A stretch of DNA of 64,000 bases from Hydrolagus affinis (GCA_012026655.1 JAAILG010001215.1:1-64000), one strand, 5' to 3'. Counted from the stretch's first letter, positions 21,678-34,995 are shown. Program-made: numbers and translations. The notes: generated by a model not told the origin, from the sequence alone.

Positions 21678-24600
21678 TCAGTCACAATATTCCATCTTCT
21701 TCAACAATCTATTCCAGCATTCAACAACAGTGTTCTATAGTTCACGCTTTTAGCAGCCTGTGCTTTTTTTTATGCTCATACAATGAATATCAATTGTCTC
21801 AATTTGTCGCAATTTGAGTTAACCCGTAATTTTTTTATGGAATTTTTTTTCATGTTCAACGCATCTGTTTTGAAAATTAATCTTTATTCTGTGCGAGATC
21901 TGTACTGGGCTACAAATTTTTAAAAATACACTGATGTAAATTCTATTTAGGGGGTTATATTCTTTACACTATAAGGCTATACACCTTATATTCTACAGCA
22001 GTAAAATGGGTTTTCGGCATTTGCCGTTAACGTCATCAATATAACCGAGACACTCTGCTGTGCCGGCGTGACAGTGGCATTGACATTAGCTTTAATGGCA
22101 TTTGAGCATCCAATGAAAAGCGGTCTTAAGTGGTGCACATTTTGTGCTTGTTAATTACCATAATGAGCCAATTGCCCATGGCAACAGTGACAAAAAGTCT
22201 CTAATCCAAATTTGGAGTGTAGATTTCTGCAAACGACAGCACAACGCTGAAATATTAGACAAACATTTGGGAGAATATGGGAGCCCCAGTGGGACAAACA
22301 AAGGCATACTAAATTCCAGTAGCAAGCTCAGAATAATGGAATCTCTATCCAATAAAATTTGTTTGGCAGCATGATTTCATTCTTGGAAAAAAGAAAATCA
22401 GCTTTATTCAGCTAGGAGCAAAAATTAACATTGAAGCATCTTTTTATATTTGCTTTCTGCTGTATGCAATTTTCCTGCAAATGTATTCAAAATGATTTTG
22501 TGACATAGGAACCAGGGGCTCTAATTTTCCTTTGTAGGTTAATATTTATAATGACAGAAAGTTTGGAAGTTACTTACAGGACATGAGTCTAATGGCCACA
22601 GGAACAGTTCATATGCTTTAGACCAAGTCCTGGTACAAGTGTAAGATCATAAAACAATGTAGATATTTACTGAGTAGCAGCCATGCTATGGCTGATCAAG
22701 TATTTGGCGTCATCCCTATTATTGACAATATAAGTGCATTCTGTAGGCATTTACAGTATTTCTAAAATGCACTGTCATTGAACTTCATAGTAAACCTTTT
22801 CAGGTATTTTGAGACATCCTCCCAACGTAAATGTGCTCTGTCAAAAGCAAGAATTCTAATCTTGCACAAATAATCGCAAATATTTTTAAATTCATTCAGA
22901 ATTATTATGAATCAGCATGTGAACCATATGCTCTGTGTTCTTTTAGCCTGATTGTAAGCTACTGTTCGCATTATGGTACCAGAGAATAGAGCAGGGCGTT
23001 GCGAAAGGCCACAAAAATTGCAGAAGGTTAATATGGACTATCAACTGCTTCATAATGAGCAGTTAATAAAGCCTCAGAAACTGTTTACCATTTACAGTAC
23101 TTGCAAACTGTAGTCCAAATCATTGAGTCTGCACATTGATTTTGGCTGGTTAAAATGAACATGCTACAATATCTCTATGGCTATTTTTCATCTTTGTATA
23201 TGCCACCTGTCTGGTGCCCATGCATGACCGAAGAAATTAAGAAATAGTAGACTGTAAAATGCAATGAACTCGTGCTTTAGTAGGGCGGGGATAAGGCTTC
23301 ATTCCCTGCTCAGTCTTTAGAAATGCATGGGAAATTGCAAATCATAACAAATTCAATGTGATGACTATCACATCAAATCTTTCAAGAAATGTAGCTTTTT
23401 TTTCACTCCACCATTGCAGAGCTGGAAACAAACCTTTAACTTGATTTCTATGGTTCAGCTCACTCCCTGGCGATCATACTCAAAAATACCGCACCTGACA
23501 TCAGCTTCCATGTGTTGATTATCACCACACAATTAGGGTAAATTAGAGACATTTCAAAATGGGTTCCATCTGATAATTATCACATCAGACAGGTTATGAA
23601 ACACCACGATTTCCCACATTAAGCTGCTTCACAAACTTAACTCTTTCAGAACATTGAAAAAAATCCTGCCCATGGTTGCATTATTAAAACAACAATTATA
23701 TTTTAATAGATAAATAAATCTTTGCATTTGATATAATACCTTATCACGTCATTGTGACGTCTCAAAGTGCTTCATAGGATTTACCATAAAGTGGTTGATT
23801 GCATATTTTATGGATTGATAAAATCCCACGTTAAGAAGTTACAAGTCAGTTGCACTGTACAATTCTGAAACATAAAATCAGAAGCTAACTGATCAACAAA
23901 AGAGTGTATGTTGTTAATGGAATATAAACCTACAGTATTATCTAAGCTATTATGCAGCAATGCAGACTAAGCAACATTTCACTAATTTTAATTTAAAAAA
24001 TAGTACACTCTGGAAAGATGAAGATACAAATACAGTAGTACAAATGTACAGACAAATCACTTTAAGGCAATCATTGAACCAGGTTTCCTGCTGTTTCTGA
24101 AATGCAATGTATACATATTCGGGTAAGCATACCATTGAGATTCAACATTAAAGATTAAAATGAGTGAAATGTTGCCCAATCAGCATTGTTGTACAATAGG
24201 ATCTTGTTATAATAGAAAAAAGGCAAAGGTGTGAACTATTGCTTGTGAGTTACGGAACTGGGTTATGGTGGAAGTGCTTCTGGTAAGTGCGCAAAGTGGG
24301 GCTGTAGAGGAATAAATATTACTGGGTTGCTTCTATTTTTAATGCTGTATGTTCACTCCCAGCTGATGGTCTTTTCCAACTTCAGAACGTCCATTAACAA
24401 CCTCATCGAAAAACAAACATAAGACAAGGTCATTTATTCCGTTAGAAGATATCCAGGAGGTTACTCACTCAGTTAAAAACAGTATTTTCTCAATGAAATG
24501 CTTTATTTGCTTCCCCCATGGCTTGTGTATAAGTATCATAATGAGCCACTGAGTATCAAATGCCATGGTTCTACCCTTGCCCTGCGCTGAGGAAATTAAT

Positions 24601-24849
24601 TAGATCACAATTGGGGTGAATAAGGCCTGACTGGCTAATTAATTTGAATTAACCTGGATAACTTGGAAAAATAGACCACATTTCTTTAAAATAGCAATAG
24701 TAGAGTCCGTTTACATCCATTTGAATTACTAGGTAAAAAAGGAACCCACAATTAGTAACAAACTCAAAGAATTAAGCAGACATGAGCAGACTACTCAAAG
24801 TAGAACATGAGATGACATATCAATAACAAAGGCTTCACATTAAAAAAAA

Positions 24850-25150
24850 ATCAGGTGTTCAGAAAATATTTTCCTTCACAGAGGATTCAAACACTTATTA
24901 GTCAATTTCCCAAAAAAGTAATGAATAGTTTGTTACTTTAGGGAGTACAAGATGAGCCAAATGGCACTGTGCTGTAACATACTGTTTTCTATGTAATTGA
25001 TTCTACACACTTGGATAATGTAGAACAATCTCCCAATGAAAATAGTCCACAAGATGGGGAGAGAGCTGGGGAGTGGGATTGAATTACTCTTTTCACAGAA
25101 CCGGCACAGACTCGATGGGCCAAATGGCCTCCTTTTGTGCCCATCTATGA
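24850..25150 (+). mobile_element. CR1-type LINE 3' end
   Basis: ccggcacagactcgatgggccaaatggcctccttttgtgc, the typical chondrichthyan CR1/HE1-type tail. Confidence 0.7.
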
Positions 25151-25874
25151 AGATTGGTTGGATGAACAAAGCCTTTTGACCTATTTGATCTCATCCTACC
25201 CAACCTATCATCCTCCCATCATAGTATCAAGCTTTCTTTAGAATGAGTCGAGCATCCAAGCTCAATGACTCTTCCTGATAACCCATTCTAGGCGTTAATT
25301 ACCCTCTGGTTAATGAAATATGACCTGTTGCCTGTCTTCAAACTGTTCTTTGCTATCTTGATACGGTGCCCTCTTATTATGCTACCCTGACATATCTGAA
25401 AGGACATGATATCGAGTCAATTAATTATTTTAAAAAATATTAATTGGGTAAGTATCTGCTTGAGAACAGTATGTATTGCAGGATACAAGCAAACCAAGAG
25501 GAATTAATATTCTATAATTATTTCTATACTGCAGGGTTTTGATGTTCGGGGCGAGGAGGTGTGAAGGGAAGGAAGACAGGATTCACTAGTATATTTACAT
25601 GGCGGTAGAAGAATACTCTAAAGTTTTGCTCAAAATATCTTTGTAGTTTATCAGAATGTACAGCTTCCCCAAGAGACAAGTGGACTGATGACCCTGATAG
25701 AGTGATAGGGTGGGCTTTTCATGATTATGAAAGGAGTGGCTTAGGGGATCTAAAGACCTTTTCTCATCCGAGGCTTTCTGATATTCAAGTGTGTTTGAAA
25801 TTACACCCCAAAGCTCTGTGTATGCACCACTCACACAAACTACTAAGAGCAAAACAGGAAAAAAACTGCAAATA

Positions 25875-26809
25875 TAGGTAAACCTCTATATAGAACAAGT
25901 TTGCGTTCCTGAAAAACTGTATGTATATCGAAACGTCCTAAATCGAAACATGATTTCCCATGCAGTCCCATTATATAACCAGAGATGCGTTCTTTTCAAA
26001 AAAAAATTGGACCTTAAATCCATTAAATAACACACAAAATCGCACATCATAACACACAAATTAACACACATAGGCAACTTTTGAAACCGCCCTCTGCTAG
26101 CATTGAAAGATGGAGTCATTGAGCCTTCTCCTTCCTGATCATTTAACTCCTTAAACAATAATTTTTCCATTTTTCCATGCATTCTTTCCATGTTTTCCAT
26201 CACATCACTCCTATGTTTTGCTAATCTGCTTGCATCTGTAGCTGTAACACACCTTGAACTTGCCAGTATACTCTCCTTATTATAGAAGCCACTGTTGATC
26301 TAGCTAGCCCGAAAGCCCTCCCGACGTCCGTACCTTTTTCACCAGAATTGTTGCACTTTATCACTTCTAATTTAGTATTTAAAGTGATTACTTTGCAGGG
26401 TCTCTTGCCACTAGCGGTATCACCACTGCTTATTTCACTTACTGCTCTCTTCCCTGGCATGGTATAAACATGTTAGAGGCTGTAAATCGCTCGAAGTCGC
26501 TGAGGAATGTTAGGAAATTACTGTAATACTGACGTTGGGCGATGAAGCTTCAAAATCAGCTGGCTTGTAAAGAATGACGTAGTGACATGCTGTTGTCCAG
26601 TTCAAACGCTTGGATATACTATGGACTGTGCATATGGACAAAAGCGCAAAAATGTGACTGCGATTTTCAAAATATGTACTGCGCTTGCGCAAAAAATTTT
26701 TAGCCCTTAAAACGAATCCGTCGTATATCGATCAAAAGGTGTTAAAAAATTATGGTCCTTCAATCGAAATGTCCTAAATATATAAGCGTTGTAAATCGAG
26801 GCTTACCTG
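25875..26809 (-). mobile_element. Tigger/pogo-type Tc1-mariner element, internally deleted (935 bp)
   Basis: TIRs taggtaaacctctatatagaac / gttgtaaatcgaggcttacctg (17/22); TA on both sides. The ORF from 26460 gives KVITLNTKLEVIK...VGRAFGLARSTVASII (CENP-B/psq HTH), then KMEKLL. No DDE domain. Confidence 0.92.
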
Positions 26810-27151
26810 TAGTGCATTTCAATGCTATGAGACTGTAAAGGGCATGGTATGAATGTAAGTTTTGCCCACAAAATATACAGTCCATTCACTTTACAGTATA
26901 TTCTGCGAAGCATTTTGAGACGTCTTGAAGACGTGATTGTTATTATTATAAGTTGTTATTGTTTTATATTATGAAATTGTGAGATGATTGTGAGTGTTCT
27001 CCAGGCTATAACAAATCCTTTGCTATGGTCTATGCCTTAAACCCCACAAGTTTTAATGATTAGCAAAACATTCCCTGTCCTGAGGCTATTGAAAATGAAA
27101 TTGACTAATAATCTTGATTTATCAATAAAAAGTCAATTAACTGAAAATAAA

Positions 27152-27415
27152 ACCAACAATATAAATTTATATAGTGCCTTTTGGGTCAGGAGGATGTCTC
27201 AAAGTGTTTCACACGACTGACATGGCTGAAAGAACAGTCAAATAGAAAGGTGTTAAGGTGGGGTTTGAAGCAGAGAGGGAGGGCACAAGGTGGAAAGGTC
27301 TGGAATGGAATCCAGGGAGTGGAGGCAGAACAACTGAACATTCACCCACTAAATGGTGTGGTGGAGCAGGTAAGGAACATGAAGCAGGCTGATGTTTGTG
27401 GAGTTGCAGTAAGGT
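27152..27415 (-). mobile_element. L2 LINE 3' fragment (old)
   Basis: atttatatagtgcctt...aggaggatgtctcaaagtg tail; gaaaggtgttaaggtggggtttgaag. Confidence 0.65.
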
Positions 27416-28929
27416 TAGAAGGCACTATTATTATATTTCAGTATTATTTATTAGTTAATGCTGGAGATACCTTTCTGCTCAAGGGTGTGCATCTTCATAA
27501 TGTTTCTACCTGTTTAGGAACGCTATTTGCCAATCCCAGGAACACATCACAAATCACAAAAGACTTGCTTCATAATTACAATCTCATCTCAGCAAAATAA
27601 ATCTGCAGTCAGATATATTGTGGTTATCCAACACAAGAGTATATATTTATTTCATTGTTAGCCAAAATATTGTTTTGCTCATTCATCTCTCTAAATCTGT
27701 ATTCGGATATTTTATTGAACGATCTGGGAATAATGCCATAAATACTCGTTTAACCAGGTAGTTTTACCATTTTTATGAAGGTTTTGTGCATCATAATATT
27801 TTATCGTTGTTTGAATAATCAATAGACTAGTCAATCACACTATCCACTTGCTTCTGTGTCTCTGAATACATGAGCTATTGTTGGAGTTCACAATTTATTT
27901 TGGAAAGGCTGTGGATGCTGGATCCATTCATGTCTTGAAGATTGAGGTGGATAGCTTTTTGTTAGGTCAGGATATTAAGGTGTCGCCTGTGCTAAAGTGT
28001 TCAGGTATGAACATCTGAGCATGAGGATGATTCTGGTCTTCAACAAAATGATTTCTCTTGCACCATAGAGTTTGGACAGTGGCTTGGTCTGAAGAAGTGG
28101 TAAATACAGCATCTTGAGTACAACATGCCCCTCACTACATTGGCTACCATTTGGGGTTACGAGCCCACCAGATTATGTGCTAATAGTATTTGTAATTATA
28201 TGACACTGACCAGTTTTACCGTTAAACGGTCAAAGCATTTCGTCAACGTGATAAATTTTATGGTGACATAAATGCTCATTATAGCACTGAGATCTACATG
28301 GTAAAATATACTGCACCACCAAAACACCTGTGGCTGACACCATTATGACCCACTTCTTTTGCACTTTCCTCTAAATTGGAGCATTCCTCCCTTGTGTTCA
28401 GCACTGCTAATAATTTACCATTTGTTTGCCTCACATTCTTTCCTTGTATGCTTTATATCCAGCTGATTTATGGAGGATGATTCTATGGCTGGTTAACAAT
28501 AGAAGTAAATCCTACGCTGCACAGAAACAAGATTATTCACTGCATAGAATTATATAAAATGATACAGCACGAAAACAGTGACTAGTCTGTGACTGCGTTT
28601 AGATTCCACAAGAGTATAAACTCCTCGTATTCCCCTCCTCTGTATTCCATTATTTTTTGTATAACTAAGCACCTCACATTGCTACCCCAAGTGAATTATG
28701 TCATATAAATGTTGTTGTAGATTGCTGTAACAATCAAAAAATGTTATTTGATATGTGTTTTTGCATCCTTTGAAAATCATCTGTATTACTTTCCTTTCAG
28801 ATGTTAATTAATCAGTATTTCTGTTTTTGCTTCTAATTCCGAACATTTTGAATTTCTTTAATTTTTTGAAGAAGTAATATATTATAATATTTACTAATGA
28901 GTAATAATTGAGTGTAACATAGTGCCTTG

Positions 28930-29755
28930 CCATCATGAAGTTCAACACAAATAAATCCAAGATGTACCGTATAGGAAATGTAAATAGGAAGGACAGGTAC
29001 TACATGGTCAGGATAGACTTCCTTGAGAGGGAAGTTGAAAGAGAACAAGAGACTAACCATGTTAGTTGACTGATTGCTCAAAATCATGAACAAACAGCGT
29101 GAGACAACAATAAACATGGCAAACAAGGTTGAACTACACTGACAAACCAGTTGAGTTTGGATCCCAGAAGTCATGCTCGAACAGTACAATGCTCTAGTTA
29201 AGCTGCACCTGGAGTACTGCATACAGTTCTTGTCACCGTGACATAAGGAAGCTGCCAGACCCTAGAGGCAATGTAGAAGTGAGCAATGAGGCAGATCCTC
29301 ACTACTAGAGGGATAAGCTTTAAGGAACGACAAGATAGACTAGGGCTCTTCATCCTTGAAAGGATAAGTCTCAGCAGGCACCTTACAGCGGTAACATAAG
29401 GTGCTAAATGGGAAAGCGAACGTAAAACAAAACAATACAGCAAAGCAGCAGTAAAATAGGTCACAGGTTCAGGATACTGAAGGGTCATTTTAGGATATAG
29501 ACCAGAAATATTTTTTTCAACAATTGATCAACAATTGGAATGATTACCAGAAAGTTCGGTTGAGATCAGGACAGTGGACTGTTTAAGAAACAGCTTAATT
29601 CTGGCTAAGGGGATTTATAAATGTATGCGCTCTGAGACACTGTCCAGCATGGAGGGCACTATATAAATCGAAGCTGTTGTTGTTGTTATTCATATTCTGG
29701 TGCCTGAGATCAAATAGGCTGAAGAGCCTTCGTTATCTGAGAACCTTGTGACTCT
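28930..29755 (+). mobile_element. CR1 LINE RT C-terminus and 3' end, with an L2 tail stub inserted at ~29628-29688
   Basis: MKFNTNKSKM (28935) and EVMLEQYNALVKLHLEYCIQFLSP, compared with CR1 RPHLEYCVQFWSP. Confidence 0.82.
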
Positions 29756-30035
29756 TGTTGGTATGTCTCAAAGCATTTCCCACATTGAGTTACTTTGATG
29801 TGTGGTGACTATTGTCATGTCGGTACACTGTTGCTCCAAGTTTTATTAGAGTGCAGTTTATACAAGTAGGGTAGAAGTTTAATTGATTCTACCTCAAGAT
29901 TATATAGCCATATTTGATGTTTCTGACATTATCTCTAGTAGGATTTTTGATTGGAATTGTGGGGTTGGGGTTCCCAAAGGAAATAAAGCATGCATTTCAA
30001 ACAGACAAGAACTCATTTCAGTGAATGTTTAAATT

Positions 30036-30285
30036 GTTCAAGTCCCACTTAAGGACTTTGAACACACATAGAGTATCAAGATACTCTAGTGCAGTCCTGG
30101 GGAATCTACATTTTGAGGGTGCCGTCCTCAAGAGAAGACATTAAAACGATGCCCCATCTGCCTGTTCAGGTGCACATTTCGTTAAAATACTCAGTCACAA
30201 TTTACAATATATTCTGTGAAGCACTTTAAAATGTTTCAATGATGTGATAAGGTGCTACATCAGATGCAAGGATTCTTCTTACTAT
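30036..30285 (+). mobile_element. DeuSINE fragment
   Basis: gttcaagtcccact...ggtgccgtcctc...gccccatctgcctgttcaggtg plus tail. Confidence 0.7.
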
Positions 30286-30895
30286 TAAATAAGATTCCGT
30301 GAAACAAATTGCAAAGCGAATTATGATATTCATAGGTGGTTTTGGAACTTTAGGACAGCTTTCCTTGGCATTGCTTCAAAGAAATCAAGCAGCTACAATA
30401 ATACTTTGCCACAGATTTTCCTGTTTTCATGTAAATACATGTTTGAAAATGTAATAATTCTAGCCTCTCTGATGATGAGAATGTCTATAAATGTGTTACT
30501 GCTTCACATCTAAGGAGAGGCAAAGTGCAGCCACAGTATTTGAATTATTTGGGAAGAGTGAGGTAAAGTTTACTTTGTTTCCTATCGCAAACCTTGTATT
30601 AATTAATACAAGAAGCATGTTAAAAAAAACACTGCATACTTTACCCCAATGACTTTTTATCTGACCCTCAAATTACAGTACTCATATAGAGAATGAACAA
30701 AAATAGATATTTCTTTAAGCCTGTAGGCAAAAACAGTTTGTATGATTGAATTTTTTTTACTTGTACATTAATACATTCATGCACCAATGGCAACAAGGCC
30801 CTTCCTTCACATGTTCACTGCTGATTAAGCCCTCAATTCACACTTTTGTGACTGTCAGTCTTCCTCAGCTCTCTTACTTGCACAAAGCTTCACTT

Positions 30896-31072
30896 AATAA
30901 TAATAATCCTTGTATTTGATATCGCACTTTTCACATCTTCTAGACGTCTCAAAGCACTTCACAGAATATACAGTACTATAAAGTGAATTGACTGTATATT
31001 TGTGGATGAAATGCGGCAGCCAATTTCGCACAGCAGTGTCCCATAAACAGTCATGGATTGAAATGACCGAAT
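30896..31072 (-). mobile_element. tRNA-SINE 3' half
   Basis: (AAT)n, ctagacgtctcaaagcacttcacagaatatac, cagcagtgtcccataaacag. Confidence 0.85.
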
Positions 31073-31659
31073 TATGTCACCCACACCCTTCAACCACCTT
31101 GCTCCCAACCTCTGCAATTCCCTTGTCCTATCCTTCTACGTCACTCTCTGTCGTCCTTCAAAAAATTGTCGAAACTCCTATCTCTTCAGCTATGCAAACC
31201 TTTTATAAAGCAGTCTGAGATGTTACTACACATGAAGGGCATTTTATAAATGCAAGTGGTGGTTGTATATGTTTAATTGGATATTTGGAAAATGATTCGC
31301 TGTCACTAACTTGAGGAGGAGGCTTTAGGATCGGAGAAATTCATGCCCACAATAATGTAAATGAAGTGGGTGAGAGCTCAAATATCCAAGACCTGTTACA
31401 AGCTCTCGGGCTCTCTGTTGGAAGGGATGTGAACTTTGAACAAACTATTGCCAACCCTTTCTTTAATAAAATGTTTTAAAAAATGCCAGATTTCGATGTT
31501 CTGTTCATTTGCAAATCTTGTAAAGTGGCTATTCTTACCTCCTGATAGAAAGGGATGTTGAACATGCTGTATTAACTCTAAACGCAGCTTTCTGCTCCAC
31601 ATCCCAATCCTGACTACAGCCAAGCTACATTGTTTACTGCCAAGGAAGCAGTTTTGCTC

Positions 31660-31660
<1 letters not shown>

Positions 31661-31690
<30 letters not shown>

Positions 31691-32651
31691 TTAAACTTAT
31701 AAAGCGCCTTTCACATCGGGAGGACGTCCCAAGGCGCTGCACAGGAGGCATGTGACCCAAGCTGGGAGGGGAGTGTTCGGGAAGGGGTGAAACACGTAGG
31801 GGAGGTCGAAAAATTCGGGGGGGAACAAAAGGCACGGTCGAAGAGGAAAGTCTTCAAACCGGCCTTGAAAGAGGAAAGGGAGGAAACAAGACGGAGGGAT
31901 TGGGGGAATGGAATTCCACAGGGTGGGAGCGGAGAAACTGAAGGCCCAGCCTCTGATGGTGGGGCGGTTCGGGTGGGGGGCTTGGAGCAGGCCAAGTTCT
32001 GCTGAACAGAGGGTCTGGGTGGGCTTATAGGGGGAGAGTAAATCGGTTAAATAAGGCAGGGCAAGGCCGTGTAAGGCCTTGAAGGTGATNNNNNNNNNNN
32101 NNNNNNNNNNNNNNNNNNNNNNNNNNNNNNNNNNNNNNNNNNNNNNNNNNNNNNNNNNNNNNNNNNNNNNNNNNNNNNNNNNNNNNNNNGAGGATGGGGA
32201 GCCAGTGGAGACGGGTGAGGGTGGGGGTTATGTGGTCGCGGAGGCGGGTGCGGGATAGTACACGGGCTGCAGAGTTTTGGATGACCTGCAGCCTGTGAAT
32301 GGAGGAACTGGGGAGGCCGACGAGGAGAGAGTTTCCGTAGTCCAGCCGTGAGGTGATGTACGCGTGCACGAGTGTTTCGGCAGCGTGGGGGGTGAGATAG
32401 TTGCGGAGTCTGGCAATGTTGCGCAGGTGGAAATAGGTGGTGCCAGTCAAGGCACGGATGTGGGGGAGGAAGGAGAGTTTATGGTGGAATGTGATGCCGA
32501 GGTTCCTGACTGGCTTTGTGAGGTGGAGAGTACAGCCTTGGATTTTGAGGCTGGCAGCGCCCGATGTGCGGAGGCGCTGGCTTGAGACAATCAGGAGGGC
32601 CTCGGTCTTGCTCATGTTCAATTGGAGGAAGTTGTCCCTCGTCCAGGACTC
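31661..32651 (-). mobile_element. Young 5'-truncated L2 LINE spanning an assembly gap
   Basis: Open RT C-terminus NFLQLNMSKTE...RLDYGNSLL...LHWLPI; long pure (AAC)n tail; CpGs retained; flanked by tttgctccaa twice. Confidence 0.95.
32090..32189. other. Assembly gap (100 N)
   Basis: Run of N. Confidence 1.
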
Positions 32652-33004
32652 AATATTTGCTCCAAATATTGCAAATGCTGCATTATGAAATTGTGTTAAA
32701 ATTAGCACTTAAAAATAATGTGTTCAATAAATGCAATATGTTGCTTCGTTGAAATTTTTTATATGTCCATATTATCCGTTATATGTAGCTTTCTGTTTAA
32801 TGAATTTCTCAAAGTATTCCACATGACTTATTCTTTCTAAATATATATTCACCGTTTTTCATAGTTTGGGTCTATTCATGGGTTTGATAGCATTCCTAAG
32901 GGTTCTATAATTCCCCAAGTAGTGACCTAGATATAATATCTCTGCACACCCAATGTAATATATTTCATGTTAATCAGGTCAGTACATAATAATATAATAG
33001 TACT

Positions 33005-33452
33005 AATAATAATTGTATTTGATATAGCACCTTTTCACAACATTGAGATATCTCAAAGCGTTTCAAAAGAATTTACTGTGAAGTGTAGTGACAGTGTATT
33101 TGTAAGTGTGCATGGCAGAGAATATCCACATAGCAATGTGCCACAAATAGCATCAGCTGAATGCCCAATTTTATTTAGAGGATTGTTTGGCAGGACACGG
33201 GACAAAAACAAAATTACATTTGTGTAGCGCCATTCGCGTTGGGAGGACATCCCAAAACTCCTTTCTCTTTTCCAACAATGAAATGCGATATTTCGTCTGA
33301 GCAGACAGATGAGACTTCAGTTTAATATCTCATCGAAAGGACAGCAACTCCAACAATGCAGGAGTGTCAGCCTAAACCATAGATTTGAAATCCTGACGTG
33401 GGATTGAACCCACAACCTTCAGATTTAGATGCAAGAGTTCAACCAACTGAGA
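33005..33452 (-). mobile_element. DeuSINE with an L2 tail stub inserted at ~33205-33255
   Basis: gtgggattgaacccacaaccttc head and cagtttaatatctcatcgaaaggacagca Deu segment, both in reverse. Confidence 0.75.
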
Positions 33453-34039
33453 CAGACTCAATGGTGGTGTACAGGGCAGTGTTATTTTCCTAATCAAATT
33501 CTATCTTTTCTGAGGCTTTTAATATGTGTGCTAATATACTATTAGTTGATCTTGTCATTAACACACTATAGGTTTCTGTCCTTGGAACCATCATGGAAGA
33601 ATGGGCAGCAAGTCAGAATGGGAAGCTTGTTCCCTTAAGTGAAATCTTCTTTAATTACAGCTATTGCTGCTTTCAGGCAAATATCTGTTTCTTGCAGTGT
33701 CTGTGCAGCGAGAAGCAACTCCTCTCATCAAAAATCTCTCTCAACTTCGCACAGTGGAGACTCGTAACTCCCACTGAGACTCAGCCTTCAGAAACATTTG
33801 CAATATAGGAGTAATACCTCAGAACAAAACCACTATTGATAACCATGTTTCACTGAACAGATTTTAATATGTATGATATATACAGGATACCAATTCTCAA
33901 TTTTGCTAGACGTTCTGCAAGAGCGTAGGAGGGGGATAAGGGAATGTGCTGAGTTTTTGTTCATACCGTCAATTTCTGAAAGCAGCCATTTTGAAGATTT
34001 ACTTTTCACTGTGATATTCTAAATATACATCCTTCAATT

Positions 34040-34415
34040 GAAGAAGGAGGGAGATCAACCAGCTGCAAGTGAAACAACTGCTTCAGCCAGCATGGAGAAC
34101 GCTATAGTGTACGTTTTTTGCAGAGGTCCACAAAAATAACCCTTCTCCACCTCTTAAAAAGCTGGCCAAGAGTTTAATCTCCCTGAATTGACTCGTGGCT
34201 ACCATGTCCAGCTTTGAGTTACAAGCTTGCTCACAATTCACAGACTTCGCATTTCAGAGAAACTTGGACGCTACTTTTTGACTTTGTTGGAAAAGTTCAG
34301 CACTGAAAGGATCATCCTTCAGATATTCCAGATGAAGATGGTAAAACACCATCAAGGAACTGCTGCAGACGCACAGCCTATTGATCCCTGTATTATTTGT
34401 GATGGCCAGTGAGAG
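34040..34415 (+). mobile_element. Decayed Crypton-type tyrosine-recombinase (DUF3504/KCTD1-like) fragment
   Basis: CTFFAEVHKNN, KSLISL, IPDEDGKTP and IDPCIICDGQ*E parallel the recalled SFYAEARSK, KSSLISI, ITRADLRK..TP and FETCMYFCTRGRE in the same order. Stops and frameshifts present. Confidence 0.55.
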
Positions 34416-34919
34416 TCTTGTTACTGTTAACTAAATAGTTAGTTATTTTTTATATATTTGTGGTCAATGCTGAGACATCTTTAGTTGTTTAACATGGACA
34501 CACTGGGCTATTGTTTGTAAGTGATGCAGGTAATTATAATAATAATCCTTGCTTGATGATATTAATGGCATCACTTATTCTTCCCTTTTACATGTGTACA
34601 TGCAAGATCTATCAATCTGCTTAGAATTGCCTTTGTGTATTTTTCACTAGTTACATTTGTCAAATCTGTGACTTTAAAGATCATTATTAGGGTCAAAGGT
34701 TTAATAAAGATCAATTGACCCCATGACCTGTGTGTATGTTTTTCAAACCATTTAGTACTGTTCAGGGCTCCTGTGCAGGAGATTGACAAGGTAGTATGTT
34801 CTTGTGATGCAATACATAGAGTAGAAGAGACTTGGGCAGTGAATATGGCTTCTGAAAGCAGCAGAACATGCTCAGAATCCATTCATTCATTAGTTACTGG
34901 TGGAGTTGAATGACTCCTC

Positions 34920-34995
34920 CAGCCTTGGGTAACTCCTCCCTATTGCGCAGTTGCTAGGTGACAGGAGCAGGTTAATCTCACTAACTAGGCAATCA
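34920..34995. promoter_or_regulatory. Candidate RFX X-box cluster
   Basis: GTTGCTAGGTGAC 34950-34962, with half-sites ccttgggtaac and ctaggcaa nearby. Motif match only. Confidence 0.3.

Noticed and set aside
31396-31689. ORF beginning with poly-Leu (signal-peptide-like) and a donor-like site at 31539
   Set aside because: The poly-Leu is the L2 (TTG)n tail; there is no convincing acceptor or recognisable peptide.
32025-32708. Longest ORF (227 aa) as a host gene
   Set aside because: It is L2 reverse transcriptase read in from flanking DNA and across an N gap.
34322-34352. DIPDEDGKTP as an ankyrin-repeat motif or micro-exon
   Set aside because: No following LH/A helix; better explained by the Crypton-like fossil.
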